Part shown: positions 9,502 to 18,072 of the stretch, piece by piece
How the letters are laid out: the number at the start of each line of letters is the position of its first letter
Numbering within the stretch: position 1 is the stretch's first letter
Source of the DNA: Candidatus Pacearchaeota archaeon
Lineage (GTDB): Archaea > Nanobdellota > Nanobdellia > Pacearchaeales > UBA284
Length of the DNA: 60,557 bases
Assembly (NCBI GenBank): GCA_018304245.1
Contig: JAGVWO010000005.1
Coordinates: 1-60,557 of the forward strand
Direction of reading: 5' to 3'
Notes under the pieces: model-generated
The model's input: only the letters and a program-made list of their open reading frames with translations
Told to the model about the DNA's origin: nothing
Database searches by the model: none
Position numbers and translations under genes: made by a program

Positions 9502-12423
9502 ATGCCATTTATAAAGAAACTTGAGATGCATGGATTTAAATCCTTCGCGAAACATACCGAAATCTTATTTGAAAAAGGATTAAATGTGGTTGTCGGTCCA
9601 AATGGCTCTGGAAAAAGCAATGTTACCGAATCTATATGTTTTGTTCTTGGAAGATTAAGTGCAAAAAGTATGAGGGCTGCAAAATCTGCAAATTTAATTT
9701 ATAATGGGGGGAAAGAACATAAACCAGCGCATGAAGCGAAGGTTGGAATTGTTTTTGATAATTCTGATGGTGCTTTTTCACTCGGAACAAAGGAAGTTGA
9801 AATTACCAGATTTTTAAAAAAAGATGGAACAAGCGTATATAAAATTAATAATGAAACCAAAACCCGTCAAGAAATCCTTGAGATGCTTGCTCAAGCATCT
9901 ATTGACCCAGAAGGATTCAATATAATTCTTCAGTCAGAAATAGATAGCTTCATTAAAATGCATCCAGAAGAAAGAAGAGAAATAATCGAAGAAATTGCGG
10001 GAATTTCGATATATGAAAATAGAAAAGAAAAATCTCTTAATGAGCTTGAGAAAACCGAAGTTAGATTAAAAGAAATTAAAACAGTTCTTACAGAACGTTC
10101 TGCTTATCTAAATAATCTTGAAAAAGAAAGAGAGCAGGCATTAAAAGCAGAAACATTGCAAAAAGATATCGCAAAAGAGAAAGCCTCTGTAATTTCAAGA
10201 CATATAGAAGATAAAAAGAAAATTGTGAATAAAACGAATAATGAGATTAGCGAAAGAAAAACCAATATCGACAAAATAAAAACGAAAATAGAAAATTATA
10301 GGTTTGAAATTTCTAGTTTGAACCAAAAAATTAGGGAAATTGAAGATAAAATAGAAAAACAAACCGGAGTGGAGCAAGAAAATTTAAGATCAGATGTTGT
10401 CAATTTAAAAACCGAACTTGCGACATTAAGGTTGAAAAGGGATAATTTGAATGATCAAATAAATAGTATTTATACAAGAGAACAAAACCTAATTGAAACA
10501 ATATCTCGAGCAAAACAAGAAATCGAAGATCTTGAAAAAAATTATCAACAAAAAATTTCTTCAAGCGAAAAAGAAAGATATAAACAAATAAATGAAGAGA
10601 TCTCAAAAATAAAAACACGAAACCAAGAACTTGAAACAAAAAGAGAAACATATCATGTTGCAAAAACAGAAATCGCTAGAAGGGAATCTAGATTGGGGGA
10701 ACTTGAAAAAAATTACCTCAAACTTAAAGAAGACCTATATAATTTAGCTAAGGAAATAACATCTATAAAAGAAAGTATGAAAAAACTTAGTGAGAAGGGA
10801 ATTGGTGAAGGAATCAAAACAAAGAAAAAAGAACATGAACAAGAACTTGAAAGAAAAAGAAATGACAGAACCTTAATTGAGAAAGAAATTATTTCCTTGA
10901 TAACAAAGAAAGATATTCAAAAGCAAAATATAGACGAGGTTTTGGAATTAAACAAATGCCCAACATGTAAACAAATCGTTACAAAAGAATACAAAGATAA
11001 TCTAAAAAAAGAGCTTAAAGAAATTATAGAAATCATAGAGAAAGATCTTCATTTAAAAAATAAAAATAAAGACAATATTGAAAAAGAAATTCAAAAAACA
11101 GTTGACTATGTCTCTGAACTTTTAGAAAAAGAAAGAGAATTAAATATCCTAAATAATTTCCAAAGAACACTTGAAGAAAAAGAAAATCATTTTGCTAAGG
11201 ACAAAACAAATGAGTCTTTACTTAATCAAGAAATCGCTGCATTAAAAATAGATCTTGAAAATTCTATAAAAACAATTGTAAATATAGAAAATATAGAAAA
11301 TATGCTTCTTGAAAATCAAGAAAAAGTTGAAAAATTAAAAGAAGAACTTATGAAATTAAGAAATACAAAACCGGAATTTATAGACGCTGAAAAGGACAAA
11401 AAAGTTGAAATTGCTATGAAAAAACAAGAAATCGAAAGAACAGAGCTAATAATAAAAAATGGGAAAAGAGATAAAATAGAATTAGAATCAAAACATAAAG
11501 AATCGATAGGGGAAATAGAACGTAAAGAAAAAGATTTAGATAGAAAACAAAAGAAACAAGAAGAAATCGATCAAAAATTTAAATCACAATTAGAAGAAAA
11601 ATCAAAGCTTCAAGAAAAAATTCATGAAAATGAAAATGTTATCCGGGATCAGCAAACAAAACAAATGACCTTTGAATCTGAAATGAATGAATTGAAAATA
11701 CAAAAAGCTGGTTTTGACGCAGAAATTTCTACATTGGACCTTGAATTCAGACAATTTGGGGAAATTGAAGTTCTTAAAATGCCTGTTGAAGAGTTAGAGA
11801 GAAGAATAAGGAAACATGAAGGAGAACTACAAAACATTGGATCTGTTAATATGCGTGCATTAGAGGTTTATGACAAAGTTAAAGAAGAATATGATTTCAT
11901 TGAACAACAAGTCAAGAAATTAGAAGAAGAAAAAATGGAAATCCTTAAACTGATTGAAGAAATTGACAAAAAGAAGAAAAGAGCATTTATGCAAGCATTT
12001 GACGCAATTAATGAATCTTTCTCAAGGAATTTTATGATGCTTTCTAATAAAGGAGAAGCATTCATGGATTTAGAGAACAAACAAGATCCCTTTGAAAGCG
12101 GTTTAAACGTTATTATAAGGCTCGCCAAAGGAAAATATATGGATGCGGAATCATTATCTGGTGGAGAAAAGACAATCGTTGCCCTAGCCATGATTTTTGC
12201 AATCCAGAAGTATAAGCCATATTCTTTTTACATTTTTGATGAAATTGATGCGGCATTAGATAAAAGAAATTCTGAAAGACTAGCAGAATTGATGAAACAG
12301 AATATAAAATCCTCTCAGTACATCATTATTTCCCATAATGACTATATTATCCAACATGCACAAGTATTATATGGAACCAGTATGCAGGAAGGTGTTAGTA
12401 AAATTGTTAGTTTGAAGTTTTAA
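9502..12423 (+). CDS. smc: SMC-family chromosome-maintenance ATPase, short (973 aa), hinge not recognisable, central CxxC
   Basis: N-terminal head HGFKSFAKHT...VGPNGSGKSN. C-terminal head LSGGEKTIVALAMIFAIQ...FYIFDEIDAALD...IISHN. Residues ~170-800 are uninterrupted K/E/I/L-rich coiled-coil-like sequence. GAGGT lies 8 nt upstream of the ATG. Confidence 0.85.
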   Translation: MPFIKKLEMHGFKSFAKHTEILFEKGLNVVVGPNGSGKSNVTESICFVLGRLSAKSMRAAKSANLIYNGGKEHKPAHEAKVGIVFDNSDGAFSLGTKEVEITRFLKKDGTSVYKINNETKTRQEILEMLAQASIDPEGFNIILQSEIDSFIKMHPEERREIIEEIAGISIYENRKEKSLNELEKTEVRLKEIKTVLTERSAYLNNLEKEREQALKAETLQKDIAKEKASVISRHIEDKKKIVNKTNNEISERKTNIDKIKTKIENYRFEISSLNQKIREIEDKIEKQTGVEQENLRSDVVNLKTELATLRLKRDNLNDQINSIYTREQNLIETISRAKQEIEDLEKNYQQKISSSEKERYKQINEEISKIKTRNQELETKRETYHVAKTEIARRESRLGELEKNYLKLKEDLYNLAKEITSIKESMKKLSEKGIGEGIKTKKKEHEQELERKRNDRTLIEKEIISLITKKDIQKQNIDEVLELNKCPTCKQIVTKEYKDNLKKELKEIIEIIEKDLHLKNKNKDNIEKEIQKTVDYVSELLEKERELNILNNFQRTLEEKENHFAKDKTNESLLNQEIAALKIDLENSIKTIVNIENIENMLLENQEKVEKLKEELMKLRNTKPEFIDAEKDKKVEIAMKKQEIERTELIIKNGKRDKIELESKHKESIGEIERKEKDLDRKQKKQEEIDQKFKSQLEEKSKLQEKIHENENVIRDQQTKQMTFESEMNELKIQKAGFDAEISTLDLEFRQFGEIEVLKMPVEELERRIRKHEGELQNIGSVNMRALEVYDKVKEEYDFIEQQVKKLEEEKMEILKLIEEIDKKKKRAFMQAFDAINESFSRNFMMLSNKGEAFMDLENKQDPFESGLNVIIRLAKGKYMDAESLSGGEKTIVALAMIFAIQKYKPYSFYIFDEIDAALDKRNSERLAELMKQNIKSSQYIIISHNDYIIQHAQVLYGTSMQEGVSKIVSLKF
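10957..10968 (+). other. CPTC codons (Cys486/Cys489) at the midpoint of the SMC-like protein: candidate zinc-hook
   Basis: tgc cca aca tgt read directly from the sequence. Residue 486 of 973. Flanked on both sides by heptad-like sequence. Confidence 0.5.
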
Positions 12424-12425
12424 AA

Positions 12426-12674
12426 CTAATTATTTCTAAGAATATAGGCTAAAGAATTCTTTTTACCTTTTTGAGTACCCTTTACCTTTCCTTGTCTTTC
12501 TAAATCTACAAGTGTTTTATTAATGTGATCTAAATATGTTTGTCCCAGATTATACACTGTAAACCCCTGTAATTCTAATTCAAAATAAATCTCGTTTAAG
12601 GTTTTGGGTGTCTCCTCTTCAAGAACTCCCAAAATTTCTAGAGAATTAATTTTAGTTATTGGTCCCGTTGACAT
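12426..12674 (-). CDS. small hypothetical protein (possible winged-helix fold)
   Basis: 82-aa ORF convergent with smc. The pattern LNEIYFELELQGF...INKTLVDLERQGKV resembles a wHTH recognition helix plus wing. Weak call. Confidence 0.3.
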   Translation of the reverse strand: MSTGPITKINSLEILGVLEEETPKTLNEIYFELELQGFTVYNLGQTYLDHINKTLVDLERQGKVKGTQKGKKNSLAYILRNN

Positions 12675-12693
12675 TTTAAAAGATTAAAAAATT

Positions 12694-15213
12694 TTACTTC
12701 TCTTCGTCGTCTTCTGCAAAGAAATCAACTACCTTCTTTCCTGCACCACTTAGAACTATTGCAAGAATTACAATCACGATAATTGCTGCAATAATATAAT
12801 ATTTGTATAAATCAAAAAAGTTTGTCGTGTTAGTTGTTATCTTTTCTTCTTTGATTACTGTTGTAGGGTTATCGTTTACTGAAACATTAAATTTGTTTGA
12901 AGCAGTTATTTCTTTCCCATTTGAAGCATAAAAGGTCATGTCAACTATTCCCGAATAATTTGCGACTGGAACTATTGTTGCTTTTGAATTATTTATTTGA
13001 ACCTCAAAATTTGATGGTTTTATTGTTACAAAAGTTAATTTTTCATTTTGTGGATCTTCAAAATATGTACTTAAATCAAGGACAATTTGTTCCCCTTTCT
13101 TAATATTTAAACTTGGGATTTGCTTATTTAAAATTGGAGCTGTTTGATTTAATATTGGTTGTATTGTTTCTTTTGTAGTATTCTTTGTAACATTTGTTAT
13201 AGTAGTGTTTACTTCAGTTGTATTGGTTGTTGTAATGTTTGTAGTATTTACAGGCAAGGTTGTATTTGTTGTGTTTGTTGTATTTGTAATCGTATTTCCT
13301 GTAATTGAAGTATTTGTTGTTACTTTTGCTGTGCTTGTTGTGTTAACTGTTGCATTTGTGCTTAAATTGGTGGTATTTACTGGTTTAGTTGTGTTTGTTA
13401 TTGGTTTTGAAATATTTGTATTATTTGAAACAGTTTTGTTTTCGATTTGTGTTTTTGGTGCTGTTGGCTGGAATATTGACACAAACCAATCGCCTATTTT
13501 TTGGAAGAAATTTCTTTCTGTTGTTTTTACTGTTTGATTTGTTTCATTTGTTATTGGTTTTACACCAACTTCCTTTGTTACAAAAACATTAAGGTTCTTT
13601 GTAGATACAATAGTGGTATCTTTTAATCTTGCTGAAACAGTCAAACTATAATTTCCAAGTTGTACTTCTGGGCTTGGTGATAAATATAAATATACTGTTT
13701 GTGCTTTTGCTGGTTTAATTGTTACTGTTCCTGGATTTAATTCTGCAAATTGTGTTGCGGTTCCTGAAACTTCAAGGGTGTAATTTGCTTCATTTATTCC
13801 CTTATTTTCTATTACAAAGATTACTGTTCCAGTGCTATCTCTTGCAATATCTATCTCATCTAGTTGTGAACTTATTTGTGGTTTATAACAATCTTCAACG
13901 GAAATTGTTGATAGACTCAATGAATGTGATGCACTATAGTTGCTGATTTTATCTATTGCGATTATCTTTATTTCACTTGTTGCAGGTAATGAATTATATG
14001 GTGGGTGAACATCTAATGTAATTTGTTTTTCTCCAGATGTATTTAATGTGAAATGCTTCTCAGAAAGTGTTACCCAATTTGGAGCATCTAAAACAAGGTC
14101 ATATGTGTTTTGGAATTTTCCTGTATTTTTTATTAAAACAGAGTATGTCTTTGTCAATGCATTACACATTCTATCTTTTGTTGATTGTATCTCTGTATAA
14201 ACACCATAACAGTTTTTACTTTCTATTGTTATCTCTTGTTTCTTTATTATTTTCCCTTCTGTACTTAAAACATCGATTTTTGCAGTATAATTTCCAATTG
14301 TTTTGAATGGTGGTTGCACGAGAAGGTTTAATGTTTTTGAAGAATTAACTGGGATGTTTAATTCTTTTTGATCAATTGTTGCCCATGTTGGTGCATCTAA
14401 GTTAATTTTATAATTATTATTTTTGACCCCATTATTAGCCAGAGTAATTGGGACAACCAATTTTTCATTTTCGCAAACTGAATAGAAATATTTTTCTGGG
14501 ATAACTGTGTAATCATAACAAGAAACTGTATTAAATGAAGATTTTGCATTTGTTTGAGAATATTCTGATTCGGATTTTGCAACAACGTTCAATTCATAAC
14601 GCCCAATGGTATTACATGGTGTTGAGATATAAGCAAAAAATTCTCTGCTAGAATTTCCTGGAATAGTTAATTCAGTTAAACTTAGATTAGTCCATGCTGC
14701 TGCAATGCCGTCTGCGCTTATTTTATAATTTTCTATATATTTTCCTTTATTATATAATGTGTATTTTACAAATTTTTGTTCACATGAACAGATTGTCTGT
14801 GTTGTTGGTTCTGCTATTAATTCAGTATTATGGCAATTTTCAACTACAATTAATTGATGTGAGGTCCTAACCTGACCATTACTTGCAATTTGTAAATCTA
14901 AGTAATATAATCCTGGGGAAAATTTTGTTGAAGGTGTAAGATAAGTATATACTATATTATTTTGATATGGCTCTAAATAGAATCCACTTGGGACTGTTGT
15001 TGCAAAATTTGCTGCTGATCCAGATTGTGTTACTGTAAATGCTCCTGGTGTTGTTGTAGAAACAGAAGTTGTTAAAACAATTGTATTTGATGGGCAAACT
15101 GTGTTTGTTGTAATGTTTGTTGCAATGTAAAACTCTGCATTTGCGTATCCCACAAAAGCCAAGGCTAAAAATAAGAATGATACGAAAACTAAAATATTTT
15201 TTGTTAAATTCAT
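12694..15213 (-). CDS. large cell-surface protein: signal peptide, four ~100-aa CARDB/COG1361-like repeats, Thr/Asn-rich linker, Ig-like domain, C-terminal TM anchor
   Basis: N-terminal signal (FLFLALAFVGYANA). Four repeats each open with a Cys pair (ENCH..CSC, SCYDY..C, KNCYG..C, EDCYKP). C-terminal hydrophobic YYIIAAIIVIVILAIVL is followed by a charged tail. Confidence 0.7.
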   Translation of the reverse strand: MNLTKNILVFVSFLFLALAFVGYANAEFYIATNITTNTVCPSNTIVLTTSVSTTTPGAFTVTQSGSAANFATTVPSGFYLEPYQNNIVYTYLTPSTKFSPGLYYLDLQIASNGQVRTSHQLIVVENCHNTELIAEPTTQTICSCEQKFVKYTLYNKGKYIENYKISADGIAAAWTNLSLTELTIPGNSSREFFAYISTPCNTIGRYELNVVAKSESEYSQTNAKSSFNTVSCYDYTVIPEKYFYSVCENEKLVVPITLANNGVKNNNYKINLDAPTWATIDQKELNIPVNSSKTLNLLVQPPFKTIGNYTAKIDVLSTEGKIIKKQEITIESKNCYGVYTEIQSTKDRMCNALTKTYSVLIKNTGKFQNTYDLVLDAPNWVTLSEKHFTLNTSGEKQITLDVHPPYNSLPATSEIKIIAIDKISNYSASHSLSLSTISVEDCYKPQISSQLDEIDIARDSTGTVIFVIENKGINEANYTLEVSGTATQFAELNPGTVTIKPAKAQTVYLYLSPSPEVQLGNYSLTVSARLKDTTIVSTKNLNVFVTKEVGVKPITNETNQTVKTTERNFFQKIGDWFVSIFQPTAPKTQIENKTVSNNTNISKPITNTTKPVNTTNLSTNATVNTTSTAKVTTNTSITGNTITNTTNTTNTTLPVNTTNITTTNTTEVNTTITNVTKNTTKETIQPILNQTAPILNKQIPSLNIKKGEQIVLDLSTYFEDPQNEKLTFVTIKPSNFEVQINNSKATIVPVANYSGIVDMTFYASNGKEITASNKFNVSVNDNPTTVIKEEKITTNTTNFFDLYKYYIIAAIIVIVILAIVLSGAGKKVVDFFAEDDEEK
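13168..13551 (-). repeat. coding low-complexity Thr/Asn-rich linker, dense in N-x-S/T sequons
   Basis: Residues ~555-682 of the surface protein (…NTTKPVNTTNLSTNATVNTTSTAK…NTTNTTNTTLPVNTTNITTTNTTEVNTTITNVTKNTT). I count roughly twenty N-x-S/T sites by eye. Confidence 0.7.
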
Positions 15214-15356
15214 TTCGACCCTTGCCTTTTACTTAAGATTAAAAGAAAAACATCTTTTAAAAGCATTATGGTACTCAAAAAGTTATTTTCAAAAAAGCTA
15301 TTTTGAATATTAAAATCCAAAACATTTATAATTAAAAAAAATTTCTAAAAAAGACA

Positions 15357-15644
15357 ATGACTTTAAGATTAGAAGGGGAATTTGCTTTATGTCCACTTGG
15401 AAAATTTAAGATACATGCCCATAATAATTATTGTTTTGATGATCGTGCTTCTGAATATTGTTTAAATTGTTTTTATGGAAATTATGCAGAAGGCCCAAAT
15501 TTATTTAAGGTTTGCAAAGCCTCAGATAAAAAAACAAAAGAAGAGCTATTAGACTTAGTTGAAACATATAAAAAAACAGATGGTAAGTTAGCTCCTACGC
15601 CTTTTCAAGAATTCTTAGTAAAAAATGAACTGAACCCAGAATAG
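15357..15644 (+). CDS. hypothetical Cys-rich small protein
   Basis: 95-aa ORF with CPLG...H.HNNYC...YCLNC...C spacing. No family recognised. Confidence 0.35.
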   Translation: MTLRLEGEFALCPLGKFKIHAHNNYCFDDRASEYCLNCFYGNYAEGPNLFKVCKASDKKTKEELLDLVETYKKTDGKLAPTPFQEFLVKNELNPE

Positions 15645-15700
15645 TTCTCACTAATTTCTAAAGAAAAAAAGAAAGAAAAAAATAAAAAAATTAAAAATTC

Positions 15701-17038
15701 TTAATAGTAGCTTTCTTCTACTTTTGCACTTGACTTTTTGGCTAATAAGACAATAAGCAAGATTACAATTGCAATTGCTAAAACTATTCCGACAAACATT
15801 AAGATTGTCTTTAAGTCCCAGTTTGCTGATGTTTTATCAACATCTGCAGTTAAGTTAATTTGCTTAGCTAAGTTTTCTGAGGAAGCCTTAACTGTGAAAA
15901 TATGCTCGCCTGCAATTGCATTTTCTTTTATAACCAAATAGACTGTTGCGGTTTTTGATTCTCCAGGTGCTAATGTGAAAACGCTTGGATTGACTTGGCT
16001 TGAAGCAAAGTCTTCTGTTCCCAATGTAGCTAAAGTTACAGTCATTGCGCTTGAACCTGTGTTTGAAACAAGTACGCTAAATGCTGTGCCTTTTCCGGAT
16101 TCTGCATCAACCTTTGCATTGTATGCTGAAAGTTCCAATCCTGATACAGAAATTACTGTTTCTGGTTGAGATAATGCTGTTGATTTTTCAACATAAATCA
16201 TCTTTGTAACCTTGTCAGTTGTTTCATCGCTAAATGCTTCTATTTCAAGCAAATAAGTTCCTGATGCTGCATTTTCTGGAATTGTAAGAGCAAGTCTTAC
16301 AACTTGCGCATCTTCTTCATCACAGCCACTTGAACAATCTTCATCAGCAACTAAATCGCCAACATAAACTGTTCTACTTATGCCTAATTCTTTTATTGAA
16401 GCTTTAACAAAGATGTCATCAAGATCGTGGTTTCCCATGTTCTTTACAACAACATCTGCATAGATTGTACTTCCTGCTTTCAAAGTGCTTGAACTTCCAA
16501 AGAAATCAGCGTTCAAAATTTTCAAATTGTTTGCTAATCTTTGTACAGTTGTATCAATATTTGCACTTTCTATTCCAGTTAACGTATTTTTGTATGTTAC
16601 TTGGACATGCAAGGTGTATGTATCTTTTGCATCTAAGTCAGAAGGCAATTCTAAATTCAATCTTTTTGTGTAAACATTTCCTTCAAAAACATCGAATTTT
16701 GCAGTTTCTACCTCAACGTCATCATGGTATCCTGAGATCCATGCTCTTACTTCAAGGCTTGACATATCTTTTCCAGGAGTTAAAACAACTTTAACTTCTG
16801 TATTTGATCCTCTTTCCAATGCTGGAACGATGATCTGTTCTGTATTACAATTCCAGTAACTTAATCCTGGTACTTGAACACAGCTACCGTCAAAAACTGC
16901 GTTGCCATCAACATAGACAGTCATTTGGTCAATGCCTGGTTCACTTGTAACATTCCATGAATCTGCTAGTACACCAGCTAAACTCAAGATTGAAACAATT
17001 GCCAAAGCAAATGCGAAAAACCAAATTTTACTTTTCAT
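15701..17038 (-). CDS. cell-surface protein with CARDB-like domains and C-terminal TM anchor
   Basis: Signal peptide (FFAFALAIVSILSLAGVLA). CARDB-like segments (VVVKNMGNHDLDDIFVKA..., FSVLVSNTGSSAMTVTLA...LAPGESKTATVYL). C-terminal ILMFVGIVLAIAIVILLIVLLAKK anchor. Confidence 0.65.
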   Translation of the reverse strand: MKSKIWFFAFALAIVSILSLAGVLADSWNVTSEPGIDQMTVYVDGNAVFDGSCVQVPGLSYWNCNTEQIIVPALERGSNTEVKVVLTPGKDMSSLEVRAWISGYHDDVEVETAKFDVFEGNVYTKRLNLELPSDLDAKDTYTLHVQVTYKNTLTGIESANIDTTVQRLANNLKILNADFFGSSSTLKAGSTIYADVVVKNMGNHDLDDIFVKASIKELGISRTVYVGDLVADEDCSSGCDEEDAQVVRLALTIPENAASGTYLLEIEAFSDETTDKVTKMIYVEKSTALSQPETVISVSGLELSAYNAKVDAESGKGTAFSVLVSNTGSSAMTVTLATLGTEDFASSQVNPSVFTLAPGESKTATVYLVIKENAIAGEHIFTVKASSENLAKQINLTADVDKTSANWDLKTILMFVGIVLAIAIVILLIVLLAKKSSAKVEESYY

Positions 17039-17264
17039 TTTTGTGTGTTAATTTAAATTTAATTTGAATAGAAAAAAGCCCCTTAGCCTTTCCTATTCTC
17101 TTTCTTTAGTTTAGTTTCCTTTAAAAATCTTCTCATTTATCGACGGTGTTGTTACTAGTTGCGGGTAAATCAGTGAAAAATAAAGAATTGAACTTGTTAA
17201 TAGAATAAATCTATGGTCTTAATCGCCAGTTTGATTTCAGGGCGAGCAAACATCGATTATAAAA

Positions 17265-18059
17265 TTATTTATTAATTTCATCCCAGAGTTTTTTTCCTTT
17301 TATTGCATCATTCCAATTATCTGGGCTTTCATTTATGATTACACCAGAAAAATTATGTTTGTTAAATAATTCAAGAATCTGTTTCCAATCTTCTTTTGAT
17401 GTTGGAATATGCTTTTTTTCCCCTTTTTCTGTGAATTCAATTCCAGAAAAATGCGCTTGAATTTTTGTAATATTGTTCTTTTTTAATTTTTCAAAGATCT
17501 CATTATAATCTACCTTACCATTATATCTTGCTTTTAGGTGTGCAAAATCAATACATAAAAAACAATCTGTTTCTTTATGTAATCTTATTAATTCATCTAT
17601 ATCTCCAAATTGACTTGGTTTTCCTGTTGTTTCTGGAGCAAGAATAATTTTCCATCCTTTTTCTTTAATAATTTGCTGCATAGATTCAATTTCTTTTTTT
17701 ACTCTTTGATAAACTTCTTCTTTTGAATCTTTAAAATAAAATGCGGGATGAAAAACAACATATTTTGCCCCCATATGGTGTGCCCTCTCACAAGAATCAA
17801 GAATTCTTTTTTTACTCATGAAAATTTTCTGTCTTTCTTCTGCGTTAAGATTAATATAATAAGGTGCATGAATGCTTAATTGAATGTAGTGTTTTTTTGC
17901 AAGCTCGCCTAATCTTTTAGATTCTTCATTTGTAAGATTAACCCCATAGGTAAATTCAATCTCTGCTGCCGACAAATCATCTTTTTCTAATTTTGGAAAT
18001 GCTTCTTCTGCTGGCATACCAAATCCACCTGGTCCGAATTTAATTTCTGTTTTAGTCAT
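17265..18059 (-). CDS. nfo: endonuclease IV-like AP endonuclease (xylose-isomerase-like TIM barrel)
   Basis: Blocks SIHAPYYINL, YVVFHPAFY, ILAPETTGK, CIDFAHLKA, HFSGIEF...KHIP match the metal-ligand layout of the Nfo family. Confidence 0.7.
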   Translation of the reverse strand: MTKTEIKFGPGGFGMPAEEAFPKLEKDDLSAAEIEFTYGVNLTNEESKRLGELAKKHYIQLSIHAPYYINLNAEERQKIFMSKKRILDSCERAHHMGAKYVVFHPAFYFKDSKEEVYQRVKKEIESMQQIIKEKGWKIILAPETTGKPSQFGDIDELIRLHKETDCFLCIDFAHLKARYNGKVDYNEIFEKLKKNNITKIQAHFSGIEFTEKGEKKHIPTSKEDWKQILELFNKHNFSGVIINESPDNWNDAIKGKKLWDEINK

Positions 18060-18072
18060 TTTAGAATATGAT

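Noticed and set aside
9338-9508. 57-codon N-terminal extension of the Dph6-like ORF offered by the ORF track.
   Set aside because: The extension is low-complexity and would overlap the smc start. The conserved PP-loop protein begins at the internal MRLGVLFSGGKDS.
13168-13551. Highly repetitive ACA/AAT-rich DNA that superficially looks like a tandem array.
   Set aside because: It is in frame within the 839-aa surface protein and encodes a Thr/Asn linker. It has no regular repeat-spacer periodicity, so it is neither a CRISPR array nor a satellite.
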